Shown here: positions 10,244-19,082 of the stretch, in pieces | Layout of the letters: every line of letters begins with the position of its first letter | Numbering within the stretch: position 1 is the first letter of the stretch | DNA from: an uncultured Gammaproteobacteria bacterium | GTDB lineage: Bacteria > Patescibacteriota > Microgenomatia > Levybacterales > UBA12049 | NCBI GenBank assembly: GCA_964416505.1 | Contig: CAYQEJ010000001.1 | Location: forward strand, 146,363 to 210,362 | Reading direction: 5' to 3' | Length of the DNA: 64,000 nucleotides | Position numbers and translations under genes: made by a program | Notes under the pieces: generated by a model | The model's input: only the letters and a program-made list of their open reading frames with translations | Databases searched by the model: none | Told to the model about the DNA's origin: nothing

Positions 10244-10272
10244 AAGTAATTTAGAATATCACTAATATATTT

Positions 10273-11826
10273 CTACTTCAACCCTATTTTTTCTAATAAA
10301 TATTTCTTAAAACTAAATGAACTCTTAAGCTCATATCTTTTACTCCAGCCAATGAGGGATTCATAAACAGAGTCTTTATTCATATTTATGTACATACTTT
10401 TTTCCTTAGAATTTAAATCAGAAATATCAATTATTGGGATTCCACTCACATGCGAAATACTGTCCTTTTCGCTACATATTTCATCCGGTATACAATTTAT
10501 AGCTACTTCTCTCCCATCTTTTGATTGAAGATTTTCAAAATACATGACCAAACTAAGTGGATAAGCTGATCCTCCATTTTTACTTTGCTTATCAAATAGT
10601 GAAAACTTCTGACCGGGATATCTATTTTTTAAATCGTTTATGGGAATGAAAAACGTAGGAATATTTGTATTTTGAATTGCAAAAATTGGGCGAAGCGTTA
10701 TCAAGTTTCCAATTATCAATAGAAAAATAAATATCACAATAATAATTTTTAAAACTCTGTGATTTATAATTTCTAAAATAGCATTAAACCCAAAACTAAC
10801 TAGAACTATTACAAATGGAATAAAATACAGTAAATAAGCTTCTGAACGCTGCGCATGATAAAAACGATTTAATAAAAACAAAACGAAGAAAATAATAAAA
10901 AGTGAAAGAAATTCTCTAGAGATTAATTTTTTATAACTTCCTAAAATAAATGATAATCCGATAAAACCTATGCTTCCTAATCCAATAATTTTATTTCCTC
11001 CAATTACATTTCCCAAAAAATAGCTCATGTCCTGGAAAATAAAAATCTTCCAGCTATTTGGAACATAAATTCTATATTGAGCAATCAGGAAATAATCCAA
11101 AATATTCTTTATATTTGAGAAATTTTGATGTGAGTCCCAATATAAAATTGGCAGCATAAGAATAATAAAACCCAATAGACATGCAAAAACTGCAATGATT
11201 TTTTTTGAAAAATTTATTTTCGCAAAGAATAAAAATGGAATAAAAATAAAAAGGTTTATTGCCTGATAATGAGCATTTAATGCTAGCCCAAGAGAAATTC
11301 CCAATAAAAATGCAAAGATATTTTTTTTCTTTTGAATAAATAAAATGAAAGATAGGAAGATTAGTGCTTCAGAAAAAATAATTAAGGTTGGATTACTAAC
11401 GTTTAATGACCAATTAACTAAAATAAGTGAAGTAGCAGAGAATGCTGTAGTTAAAAGAGCTAATTTTTTTCCTCCCAAATAAAATCCAATCAAAAAGTAA
11501 ACAAAAAGACTAAAAGTTCCTAAGATTAAAAACAAAAACCAAAGACTCGATATTCCAAGTGGAAAAAGTATTAACCCAAGTATTAATATCCAAAAATAAA
11601 TTGGACCAGTTACAAATGGACCAGCTGAAGAGAATGGGCCAATAAGAGGTAAGCTATGTTTTTCAAGTGAAGTAATTGCTATCAGTACATCCCTAGCGTT
11701 ATCTCCACCTATATAAAGATTTTGGAAAAAATGAAATCTCAAAAAGAAACCAATAATTATAAAAATGAATGAAAAGTATATGTATGGATCTGGTTTCCGA
11801 AGAAGGCTTTTAAATCTAGTAAACAT
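10273..11826 (-). CDS. GT-C fold membrane glycosyltransferase (ArnT/PMT-like)
   Basis: 517 aa polytopic membrane protein with the same architecture as 2224..3711. Confidence 0.55.
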   Translation of the reverse strand: MFTRFKSLLRKPDPYIYFSFIFIIIGFFLRFHFFQNLYIGGDNARDVLIAITSLEKHSLPLIGPFSSAGPFVTGPIYFWILILGLILFPLGISSLWFLFLILGTFSLFVYFLIGFYLGGKKLALLTTAFSATSLILVNWSLNVSNPTLIIFSEALIFLSFILFIQKKKNIFAFLLGISLGLALNAHYQAINLFIFIPFLFFAKINFSKKIIAVFACLLGFIILMLPILYWDSHQNFSNIKNILDYFLIAQYRIYVPNSWKIFIFQDMSYFLGNVIGGNKIIGLGSIGFIGLSFILGSYKKLISREFLSLFIIFFVLFLLNRFYHAQRSEAYLLYFIPFVIVLVSFGFNAILEIINHRVLKIIIVIFIFLLIIGNLITLRPIFAIQNTNIPTFFIPINDLKNRYPGQKFSLFDKQSKNGGSAYPLSLVMYFENLQSKDGREVAINCIPDEICSEKDSISHVSGIPIIDISDLNSKEKSMYINMNKDSVYESLIGWSKRYELKSSFSFKKYLLEKIGLK

Positions 11827-11843
11827 TCAGCCTAATAATTATA

Positions 11844-12272
11844 TCAAGCTTTATTTGCGCAAGAGAGAATAATATCAAAAAGAACTACTTCATTACTTTC
11901 GCTTGGATCAGAAAGAACATCATATCTTATTCCTGCATCTACAAATGAGGCCTGGGTTCCATTTGAGGTAACTGGTGTATTGTGATCGAGAATATCTAAT
12001 TTCGCTTCCCCACTCTCTCCTACAGATAATTCAACAACAGGCAACAACTTATTTGTAAGAGTCTTTCCTCCTCCCAATCTAATAGGATCTCCTTTAACTA
12101 AAGTTCCTTTAAGGGCATAGGCCGAAGCATCATTACCAGAAGCACAATTTAATGGGCTTTGCCCATTTATTTGAGAAGGTCTATATGGCAATCTATCAGC
12201 GGCCATACCAATAGGAATTGAAGCGCCACCTAAAATTGCGGCTAAGGTTAATACAATCTCTCCACGTCTCAT
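11844..12272 (-). CDS. secreted hypothetical protein (142 aa)
   Basis: Signal peptide MRRGEIVLTLAAILGGASIPIGMAA. The mature part is Gly/Ser/Thr-rich. Confidence 0.4.
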   Translation of the reverse strand: MRRGEIVLTLAAILGGASIPIGMAADRLPYRPSQINGQSPLNCASGNDASAYALKGTLVKGDPIRLGGGKTLTNKLLPVVELSVGESGEAKLDILDHNTPVTSNGTQASFVDAGIRYDVLSDPSESNEVVLFDIILSCANKA

Positions 12273-12423
12273 AGCTTCGCATAATAATCCTAATAGCTAT
12301 ATTTGTCAATCCTAATGTCGAGCACTTGACAAGCCTATAAAATAGTATTACGCTAATTATGTCTGAGTAGTGCACAACTTCAGACTTACCTAAAGTTTAC
12401 TAGTGATTTTTAGGGAAATAAAT

Positions 12424-12446
12424 CTTTACTATCACAAATAGTAAAG
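12424..12446 (-). terminator. 9-bp perfect inverted repeat (CTTTACTAT-cacaa-ATAGTAAAG) downstream of hflX; possible terminator
   Basis: Perfect palindrome in the hflX 3' intergenic region. A second hairpin, CAAAAAG-cggac-CTTTTTG, plus a T-run lies at 12473-12497. Both stems are AT-only and therefore weak. Confidence 0.25.
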
Positions 12447-12512
12447 CGGTCAAATAAGCAAGAAGGCCTGCCCAAAAAGCGGACCTTTTTGTTTTATATA
12501 CGACTTTTACGT

Positions 12513-13673
12513 TCAGGGTTGGTTTACTCTATTCACAATCTCACCGAATAATTTTTCCAGCCCTACTCCTTCCTTAACCGAAATAAAAACTGGAGAGTAA
12601 GATTTATTCTTTTCTTCTAAAATACTTTTATCTTTATCTGAGATTTTATCAATTTTATTAAATACATATATTACACGCGCTGAGTCAATCCCTAAATCAT
12701 CTAAAATTTCTTCGACTACTTTTATTTTCTCAAAACTCTCCTTGTCTGAAGAATCAATAACATGAAGAATGACATCAGCATTAACTGACTCGAGAAGTGT
12801 AGATTTAAAAGCCTGAATAAGCCTCGGAGGAAGGTTCCTTATAAAACCAATAGTATCTGAAAATAAAACATTTGATGCCAGTTGAGGAATATAGACTTCA
12901 CCAACCACGCTATCCAAAGTTGCAAACAGAACATCTTCTACGAGAACTTCTTTTCCCGTTAATCTGTTAAAAAGATTACTTTTCCCAGCGTTTGTATATC
13001 CGACAATAGAAATTGTCTTATATCCTTCTTTTTTTCTTCTTTCAATTCTTTTCTCACGATCTTCATTTAATTTATTCAGTTCATCATTAACTTTTTTTAT
13101 CTCATTTCTCCAATGCCTTTTCATAAGTTCTGTATTTGTCTCCCCAACCCCAGATGTTCCAATTCCGCCTCCCTGACGAGACATTACTAATCCCATCCCA
13201 TATATACGAGGACCCATATATTTCATTCTTGCTAGTTCAATCTGAAGTTTTGCTTCCTTAGTCTTAGCATGTTTATCAAAAATGTGAAGTATAAGATCAA
13301 CTCTATCGAAAACTTCTATATTTGGATTTGCTTTTTGAAAAGCGGTTTTTAAATTGAAAACTTGTTTTGGCTTTGCTACATTATTTAACACAACTACGTC
13401 AATTTTCTTTTCTTTTACAATCTCAGCTACTTCTAATACTTTACCTTTTCCTATAAAAGTCGCCATGTCTGGATTGTTTAGTTTCTGAACTACTCTATCA
13501 ACTATTTCACCACCCAGGGTGTTTATAAGCGATTCAAGCTCTTCTCCAATATCAATTGATCTTTCTTTATTTGCTCTTGGATTTATAACATGAATAGGAA
13601 GGAACCTAAGTACAAGTTTATTTTCTTTCATGATACTCATTATAACAGCAAGCGAGAACCTCAATTTAACCAA
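12513..13673 (-). CDS. hflX: GTPase HflX
   Basis: N-terminal HflX domain aligns with E. coli HflX. G-domain has GYTNAGKSNLFNRLT (G1), LFATLD (G2) and DTIGFI (G3). The true start is probably the internal Met (MKENK...). Confidence 0.85.
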   Translation of the reverse strand: MVKLRFSLAVIMSIMKENKLVLRFLPIHVINPRANKERSIDIGEELESLINTLGGEIVDRVVQKLNNPDMATFIGKGKVLEVAEIVKEKKIDVVVLNNVAKPKQVFNLKTAFQKANPNIEVFDRVDLILHIFDKHAKTKEAKLQIELARMKYMGPRIYGMGLVMSRQGGGIGTSGVGETNTELMKRHWRNEIKKVNDELNKLNEDREKRIERRKKEGYKTISIVGYTNAGKSNLFNRLTGKEVLVEDVLFATLDSVVGEVYIPQLASNVLFSDTIGFIRNLPPRLIQAFKSTLLESVNADVILHVIDSSDKESFEKIKVVEEILDDLGIDSARVIYVFNKIDKISDKDKSILEEKNKSYSPVFISVKEGVGLEKLFGEIVNRVNQP

Positions 13674-13730
13674 AATATCCTATATTATTTCACGCACAAA
13701 AGCTCAATAGCTTAAAAACTTACATTCAGA

Positions 13731-14144
13731 TCATTGGAGTAATCCAATTAAAAAAGAGGAAAGATAACTTTCTGGCTTACGCTCTCCTGAATGCTGAGAG
13801 TTAAACTGACTGGATCCATCCATTCCACAAATCCCTAGTATCCTATCAGATCCTCCTGGGTGCTCATCAATCCAAGACGTAAGATCATAAACTTTACCAT
13901 TTATACTACTCCAGCAATCTGATCTGGTATTATGTTTTGAAATTTCTGAAAGAGAGAATTTTTTGGATGTGTCCACATTCAACACTGAAGACTGACTATT
14001 ATTTCCTGTTTCGTTCATTTCCAAAGAATCAGAATCATTATCCATATCTCTAGAACTAATTAATTCTGAACCCTTTAAAATAAAACCAACTGATAAAACT
14101 ACTACTAAAAGTGCCGCAACTCCTAAAATTATTTTTTTATTCAT
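13731..14144 (-). CDS. membrane-anchored cytochrome b5-like haem-binding domain protein
   Basis: N-terminal signal anchor. EHPGGSD (HPGG motif) with a second His in FNSQHSG about 25 residues later, the cyt-b5 spacing. Confidence 0.55.
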   Translation of the reverse strand: MNKKIILGVAALLVVVLSVGFILKGSELISSRDMDNDSDSLEMNETGNNSQSSVLNVDTSKKFSLSEISKHNTRSDCWSSINGKVYDLTSWIDEHPGGSDRILGICGMDGSSQFNSQHSGERKPESYLSSFLIGLLQ

Positions 14145-14182
14145 ACAAGCATATTATGCATAAAATCTGAAAATTAGCTGAA

Positions 14183-14869
14183 TTACTTAATTTGTAAGCT
14201 TGAGTTTCGCGATACGTCTAATCCCGGTTGCAAGGACCTATCTAAATCATCAGGCATTATTGCTACATCTTTTTCTTTCCAGCGCATGAAATTCACACCC
14301 ATCCATCTCAATCCACGCCATAAAAACCTATAATCGTCTAAATTATCTCCAGTCCTCAATGTATTTTGAGTAACTTCTCTGTTTTTTATTTTATCAGTAA
14401 ATCTAACTACTTCTCTTTTAAAAGGGTGTTTTCCTAAAGCATCTCTATAATTAAAAATTATCATCGGCTCTTCGCTACCATAACTAAAATAAATGAAATC
14501 AGGATCACCGTTAGAATTATATGCTACATTTAATGCTAATTTTGTTCCGCCTTGAAGTGGTTTATATGCAATTTTAATTCTACGTAAATCTGGTGTTTCA
14601 GCTACTAAATGGTCTGCATACGTCATAATTGCCTGATGGGCTTGTTCTTGGGAGAAAGGAATCGGATGCAAACTATCTGGAGTAATCAAGCTTTCTGGAG
14701 TAGCAACTATAGACCCAACTATCTTACTAGCTTCTTCCAAATCCATTCTTATAACCGGAGATAATTCCGAGGATTGATGTGTGACAGTTAATCCCTTGTC
14801 TACACCATTAGCAGGAGATCCTAGAGGCCGATGTGGAGCTGGTAAATCTTTTCCGGAAACATCCCCCAT
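14183..14869 (-). CDS. hypothetical protein (228 aa)
   Basis: ORF only. Soluble. No recognisable family. Confidence 0.4.
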   Translation of the reverse strand: MGDVSGKDLPAPHRPLGSPANGVDKGLTVTHQSSELSPVIRMDLEEASKIVGSIVATPESLITPDSLHPIPFSQEQAHQAIMTYADHLVAETPDLRRIKIAYKPLQGGTKLALNVAYNSNGDPDFIYFSYGSEEPMIIFNYRDALGKHPFKREVVRFTDKIKNREVTQNTLRTGDNLDDYRFLWRGLRWMGVNFMRWKEKDVAIMPDDLDRSLQPGLDVSRNSSLQIK

Positions 14870-14936
14870 GGATATATTATACTAGAAATAACATCAAAAA
14901 TTATAAAAATTAACAGTATTCGTGGTTATAGAAGAA

Positions 14937-14969
14937 CTAATTCTTCTGTCTTAGAAATGCGGGGATATC
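14937..14969. repeat. 33-bp direct repeat copy A: displaced duplicate of the ftsZ 3' end (encodes ...[10 protein letters not shown] on minus strand but has no start)
   Basis: ctaattcttctgTcttagaaatgcgggGatAtc. 30/33 identical to copy B. The minus-strand frame reads [20 protein letters not shown] and is preceded by an in-frame TAA. Confidence 0.8.
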
Positions 14970-15085
14970 ACAAGCTTCAAAGTTTTTTGATTCAATAATT
15001 TACTAAAACCACATAATTAAGTATAGTTTTTAAGGTTACCAGTCAATCATAAAAATCTATTCCTCCAATAGACTATAATAAAAGT

Positions 15086-15745
15086 ATGGATATAAAGCAA
15101 AATATAATTTTCTCCAGTAATCTAAAATCGAACAAAGATGCTACACAAGAAGAAAACGATTCACTTGAAAAAAAAGATACAAGCTACTTGCTTGAGAAGC
15201 TACATATTCAAAGAGAGGAGCTTAGAAAAATAGATGAATTAAAGAAGGCCAGAATAGAAATAAATACTCAGAGAGAGGGATTTGCCAAGTTAGGAAGAGA
15301 TGCTCATATTACTAATCTGGCTACAAAGAAGGAGCTAGATGACCAGACAGTCAGTGACTTAGTGAAAAAATCAAATAGAAGAATCATTACCATCTCCTCC
15401 ACCTTTCCGTGGGATATATTTCCAAACACCATTGTTGTTGAAGAGAGCAGAATAACATTTAAATTCAGTCAATTATTTTCGTCTCAATCACATAGTGTAG
15501 AAATTAAGGATATATCTAATGTCTTTATCGAATCGTCGCTTTTCTTTGCTACACTACAAATAGTCTCACGAACTTATGTTAAAAACGATATCAAGATTGG
15601 CAAGTTGAATAAAAAAAGGGCATTAGCAGTACAAAAGATTATTGAAGGGTTAAGGACTTTCTCCGAACATAATATAAATACCTCTGCATATGAAATTGAA
15701 GAATTAGTATCAAAAATCGGAGAGTTTCACAGCAAATACATCTAA
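15086..15745 (+). CDS. orphan hypothetical protein (219 aa), convergent with ftsZ, inside the repeat-flanked segment
   Basis: Clean ORF. TATAAT lies 6-12 nt upstream of the ATG, with no SD. Charged coiled-coil-like N-terminal half. No homology I recognise. Confidence 0.45.
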   Translation: MDIKQNIIFSSNLKSNKDATQEENDSLEKKDTSYLLEKLHIQREELRKIDELKKARIEINTQREGFAKLGRDAHITNLATKKELDDQTVSDLVKKSNRRIITISSTFPWDIFPNTIVVEESRITFKFSQLFSSQSHSVEIKDISNVFIESSLFFATLQIVSRTYVKNDIKIGKLNKKRALAVQKIIEGLRTFSEHNINTSAYEIEELVSKIGEFHSKYI

Positions 15746-15768
15746 TTAATGGGATATCCAAACATAAA

Positions 15769-15801
15769 CTAATTCTTCTGCCTTAGAAATGCGGGAATGT
15801 C
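15769..15801. repeat. 33-bp direct repeat copy B: the actual 3' end of ftsZ (stop codon + last 10 codons)
   Basis: ctaattcttctgCcttagaaatgcgggAatGtc. The minus strand reads [11 protein letters not shown]. Confidence 0.8.
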
Positions 15802-16938
15802 CCAGACCTCCTCGTCTGTTTCCTGAGCTGGAGGATTATTTGTAGGATTCTGATTTAAGTTTTGGTTTTGATTCTGGTTCTGATTTTCTTCTTGAGGCTG
15901 ATTCGATTGTCCAAAATTCACATTTTGATTTTGATGATAATTTTGATTTATTGGAGGGGCAACAAATTCCCTAAGTGTTTGACGGGCTGAGTCAAAGCCT
16001 GTGGCTATAACCGTAATCTTCATTTGATCTCTCATGGTTTCATCAATTGTGGCTCCAAAGATAATATTTGCATCACTATCTGCCGCTTGAGAAATAATCT
16101 TTGCTGCTTCATCTACCTCATTCATAGTGAGATCGGGTCCACCAATCACGTTGAAAAGAACACCTCTTGCTCCTTCCATGGTAATTTCAAGAAGAGGTGA
16201 AGCTATAGCAGAACGAGCTGCAGCCTGTGCTCTATTTTCTCCAACTCCAGTTCCAATACCCATAAGAGAAGAGCCAGCATTTTGCATAATGGTTCTTACA
16301 TCAGCAAAGTCGACATTGATAAGTCCTGGCATAGTAATAAGATCAGAAATTCCTTGTACTCCCTGAGTGAGAACAGAATCTGCAACTTTAAAAGCTTCAA
16401 GCAAAGACAATTTCTTATCAACTACGTCTAAGATTCTCTGGTTTGGGATAACAATCAAAGTATCAACTTTATCTTTTAAAAGCTCTATTCCTTCTTCAGC
16501 GGATACCATTCGACGAGTTCCCTCGAAAGTAAATGGCTTAGTTACCACAGCGACTGTGAGTGCGCCCACTTCTTTTGCAGCTCTTGCAATTACGGGAGTA
16601 GCACCTGTTCCTGTTCCTCCACCCATTCCTGCAGTTAAAAAGACCATATCAGTTCCATCGAGAATATCTTTTAATTTTTCATATGATTCTTCTGCAGCAT
16701 TTGCTCCTACCTCGGGATTTCCACCGGATCCCAAACCCTTGGTGTATTCTTCACCTATCTGAACTTTAGTAGCTGCTTGATTGAGCAAAAGTGCCTGCGC
16801 ATCAGTATTGACTGATATAAAATCTACACCCTGAATTGAGGATTGAGATATCATGGAGTTAAGGGCATTTCCGCCTCCACCACCTATACCCATCACACGG
16901 ATCTTAGCAAAATTAGTTGTCTGAGGCTTGATGAGCAT
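15769..16938 (-). CDS. ftsZ: cell division GTPase FtsZ
   Basis: [11 protein letters not shown] tubulin signature and NTDAQAL. Q/N-rich linker. C-terminal peptide [10 protein letters not shown]. Confidence 0.95.
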   Translation of the reverse strand: MLIKPQTTNFAKIRVMGIGGGGGNALNSMISQSSIQGVDFISVNTDAQALLLNQAATKVQIGEEYTKGLGSGGNPEVGANAAEESYEKLKDILDGTDMVFLTAGMGGGTGTGATPVIARAAKEVGALTVAVVTKPFTFEGTRRMVSAEEGIELLKDKVDTLIVIPNQRILDVVDKKLSLLEAFKVADSVLTQGVQGISDLITMPGLINVDFADVRTIMQNAGSSLMGIGTGVGENRAQAAARSAIASPLLEITMEGARGVLFNVIGGPDLTMNEVDEAAKIISQAADSDANIIFGATIDETMRDQMKITVIATGFDSARQTLREFVAPPINQNYHQNQNVNFGQSNQPQEENQNQNQNQNLNQNPTNNPPAQETDEEVWDIPAFLRQKN

Positions 16939-17021
16939 AGTCCCGAAATCGTACCAGATGAAAAATCTTTTTGCAAGTAGTTAGAAGCCTGCTTAACAAA
17001 TGTTGAATAAATTCAATAAAA

Positions 17022-17378
17022 TTATATTATTAAATTCCCAATAATTAAACCTATAGCAGAAATTATAATTAAATATATCAAGTATGAAATACTATAAAAT
17101 ATTGCTAATTTTAAATATTGATTATTTCTTTTAGCAATTAAGTAATAAAATATTCCTGCTTCTAGTGGAAAATTTAAACCTAGAGCCAGAATAGCGATCG
17201 CAATATTTCTATCCCCAAATATTCCAAGCAAAACACCTAAACTAAAATTAAAAATAAAAGATATTATCAAAAAAACCAATGAATAGTAAAATATATTCTT
17301 AATAAATAATTGCGGATATTTATACTTAATTATTCTTAAAATAATTAAATGTGAAAAAAAAGACAGTATATAATCCAT
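17022..17378 (-). CDS. small polytopic membrane protein (118 aa) inserted between ftsA and ftsZ
   Basis: 3-4 predicted TM helices. Its start is 1 nt after the ftsA stop, suggesting translational coupling. Confidence 0.45.
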   Translation of the reverse strand: MDYILSFFSHLIILRIIKYKYPQLFIKNIFYYSLVFLIISFIFNFSLGVLLGIFGDRNIAIAILALGLNFPLEAGIFYYLIAKRNNQYLKLAIFYSISYLIYLIIISAIGLIIGNLII

Positions 17379-17379
17379 T

Positions 17380-18663
17380 TTACGGAATGAAGGATTTAAT
17401 TAGATCTATAAACTTTTTAGGAGCTTTTCCAAGCCTCACAGAAGGTATTCCCGGAATTTGCATTTTGAATCCAGAAGCCATAGGAGCACTATTCATCGCT
17501 CCATAAATTGAAAGACCAACTACATTTGCATAAGGAGTATCTTGAATTTCATCAATGATGCCCTTAATATTTTGAGGTTCCCCTACTCTTACCGGCATAG
17601 CCAACATTCTTTTTGCGCAATCCACTGCTCCTACTGTTCTTGCTCCACCTCCAGTTATTACTAACCCTGAAGGAGTTTGACCACCAAATCCAGATTTCTT
17701 GATCTCAAGTCCTACCATTGTAAATATTTCATTTAAACGAGGCCTAATTATTCCATCTACAAGTGTCTTTTGAGATACTTTATTTAATTGTTCAGGAAGT
17801 CCCAAAGAAGCTAAATCCACCTCATCTTGCGACTTCTTATCTTTTTCTTCTGGTTCATCATATTTAATAACTTTTTTTATTGGTTTTGATAAAAATAATT
17901 TAACCTTTTCTGCTGATTCCAGAGAAATCCTAAGCCCAATTGCTAAATCATTTGTAATATGTCTTGCTCCAATTGGGAGAACTGAAGAATAAGCAACACT
18001 TCCGTCAATATAAATTGATATATCGGTCGTTCCAGCTCCTATATCAACCAAAACAACACCAAGTTCTTTTTCTGTCTCTGATAAAACTGATAAAGAGCTA
18101 GCATAACCTGAGAAAACAAGTGATTCCACATCTACTCCTACCTGAGAAAAGGCTTTTTCAAGGTTCCTGACCGTCGGACTCCCTGCAGTTATTATATGTG
18201 TCTCGACTTCAAGTCTGGTTCCACTCATCCCTACAGGATCTTTAATTCCTTCCTGACCGTCCACGGTATAATTTCTAGGAAGAACATGAATTATCTCTTT
18301 TGTTGAGGGAAGAGAAATCGCTTTTGCCGCATCAATCACGCGCGACACATCCATGGAGTTTATTTCTCCTTCTGGTTGAGAAACTGCTACCACTCCATGG
18401 GAATTTTGGGATTCAATACTCCCTCCACCAACCGATGCGACAACTCTTGAAACAGAGACACCTGCCATTCTTTCTGCAGCTTCAATGGAAGAATTTATTG
18501 CTAAAACGGCTTCTTCTATATTTACAATCTGCCCTTTTTTTATGCCATTTGAGGGAACTTCTGAAACTCCAATTACATTTACAAATTCATCTACACGAGT
18601 AATAATTGTAATTATTTTTGAGGTACCTATATCTACACCGACGATTATTTTTCCTTCTGTCAT
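17380..18663 (-). CDS. ftsA: cell division protein FtsA (actin-like ATPase)
   Basis: IVGVDIGTSKI phosphate-1 motif and VLVDIGAGTTDISIY. Full actin-fold length. Sits upstream of ftsZ. Confidence 0.9.
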   Translation of the reverse strand: MTEGKIIVGVDIGTSKIITIITRVDEFVNVIGVSEVPSNGIKKGQIVNIEEAVLAINSSIEAAERMAGVSVSRVVASVGGGSIESQNSHGVVAVSQPEGEINSMDVSRVIDAAKAISLPSTKEIIHVLPRNYTVDGQEGIKDPVGMSGTRLEVETHIITAGSPTVRNLEKAFSQVGVDVESLVFSGYASSLSVLSETEKELGVVLVDIGAGTTDISIYIDGSVAYSSVLPIGARHITNDLAIGLRISLESAEKVKLFLSKPIKKVIKYDEPEEKDKKSQDEVDLASLGLPEQLNKVSQKTLVDGIIRPRLNEIFTMVGLEIKKSGFGGQTPSGLVITGGGARTVGAVDCAKRMLAMPVRVGEPQNIKGIIDEIQDTPYANVVGLSIYGAMNSAPMASGFKMQIPGIPSVRLGKAPKKFIDLIKSFIP

Positions 18664-18665
18664 TG

Positions 18666-19082
18666 TTAAAAAGTGATTATTGGCTTTTCGTAACTAAAAT
18701 CAAGACGCTTGAACGTCCTACCCTCTATTTTAAGCTGAGAAATGATTAATTGTAAAGAGGCTATCTGTTCTTCTAAGTTTTTTTCGGGGGTAAGAATTGC
18801 TTCTCCATTTTTATCAAATTTAATTCTATATTTAAGATCTTTTGTGGTTTCTATATCTTTATACTCTATCTTTTCCTCTTTTAAAATTTTTATAAGTTTT
18901 GAATCAGTAGATGACTGATCTTTTGAAAGCGGATTAATAAGTGGCGGGTCCTTTTCCAAAAAAACTAAATAAAAAAGCATAAAAGCTATGAGAGATAGGC
19001 CAATAAAAATTAAGCTAAGTCCGAGCTTTTTTCTTTGTATTTTTTTCTTTTCTTTTTTAGTTAAGGTTCTTTTGGGCAGCAT
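18666..19082 (-). CDS. FtsQ/DivIB-like cell division protein, minimal form
   Basis: Basic N-terminus, a single TM helix and a ~90-aa extracytoplasmic domain. Conserved position between murG and ftsA. Only 138 aa, so assignment is by position and topology only. Confidence 0.4.
   Translation of the reverse strand: MLPKRTLTKKEKKKIQRKKLGLSLIFIGLSLIAFMLFYLVFLEKDPPLINPLSKDQSSTDSKLIKILKEEKIEYKDIETTKDLKYRIKFDKNGEAILTPEKNLEEQIASLQLIISQLKIEGRTFKRLDFSYEKPIITF

Noticed and set aside
12326-12360. TTGACA hexamer as a plus-strand promoter
   Set aside because: No acceptable -10 element lies 16-18 bp downstream. It is kept only as part of the low-confidence sRNA note.
11844-15745. GC-rich patch as a horizontally acquired island
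   Set aside because: The GC elevation tracks soluble versus polytopic-membrane protein composition, since I/L/F/Y/N/K codons are AT-rich. FtsZ and MurA are also GC-richer. Composition alone does not support foreign origin here. Only the repeat-flanked 14.97-15.77 kb segment has independent evidence.
15940-15990. Repetitive CAGAAC/AAT-rich stretch at the ftsZ 3' region that looks like a micro-repeat array
   Set aside because: It is the coding sequence of the Q/N-rich FtsZ linker ([13 protein letters not shown]). It is not a CRISPR or intergenic tandem repeat.
16127-16762. Two plus-strand ORFs (79 and 131 aa) inside ftsZ
   Set aside because: They are antisense to a confidently identified essential gene. 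They are Pro/Ser/Ala-rich, as expected for the reverse frame of a Gly/Ala-rich GC-richer gene. I treat them as spurious.
18300-18676. Plus-strand ORFs overlapping ftsA (100 and 63 aa)
   Set aside because: Antisense to ftsA. Low-complexity L/Q-rich translation. Spurious.
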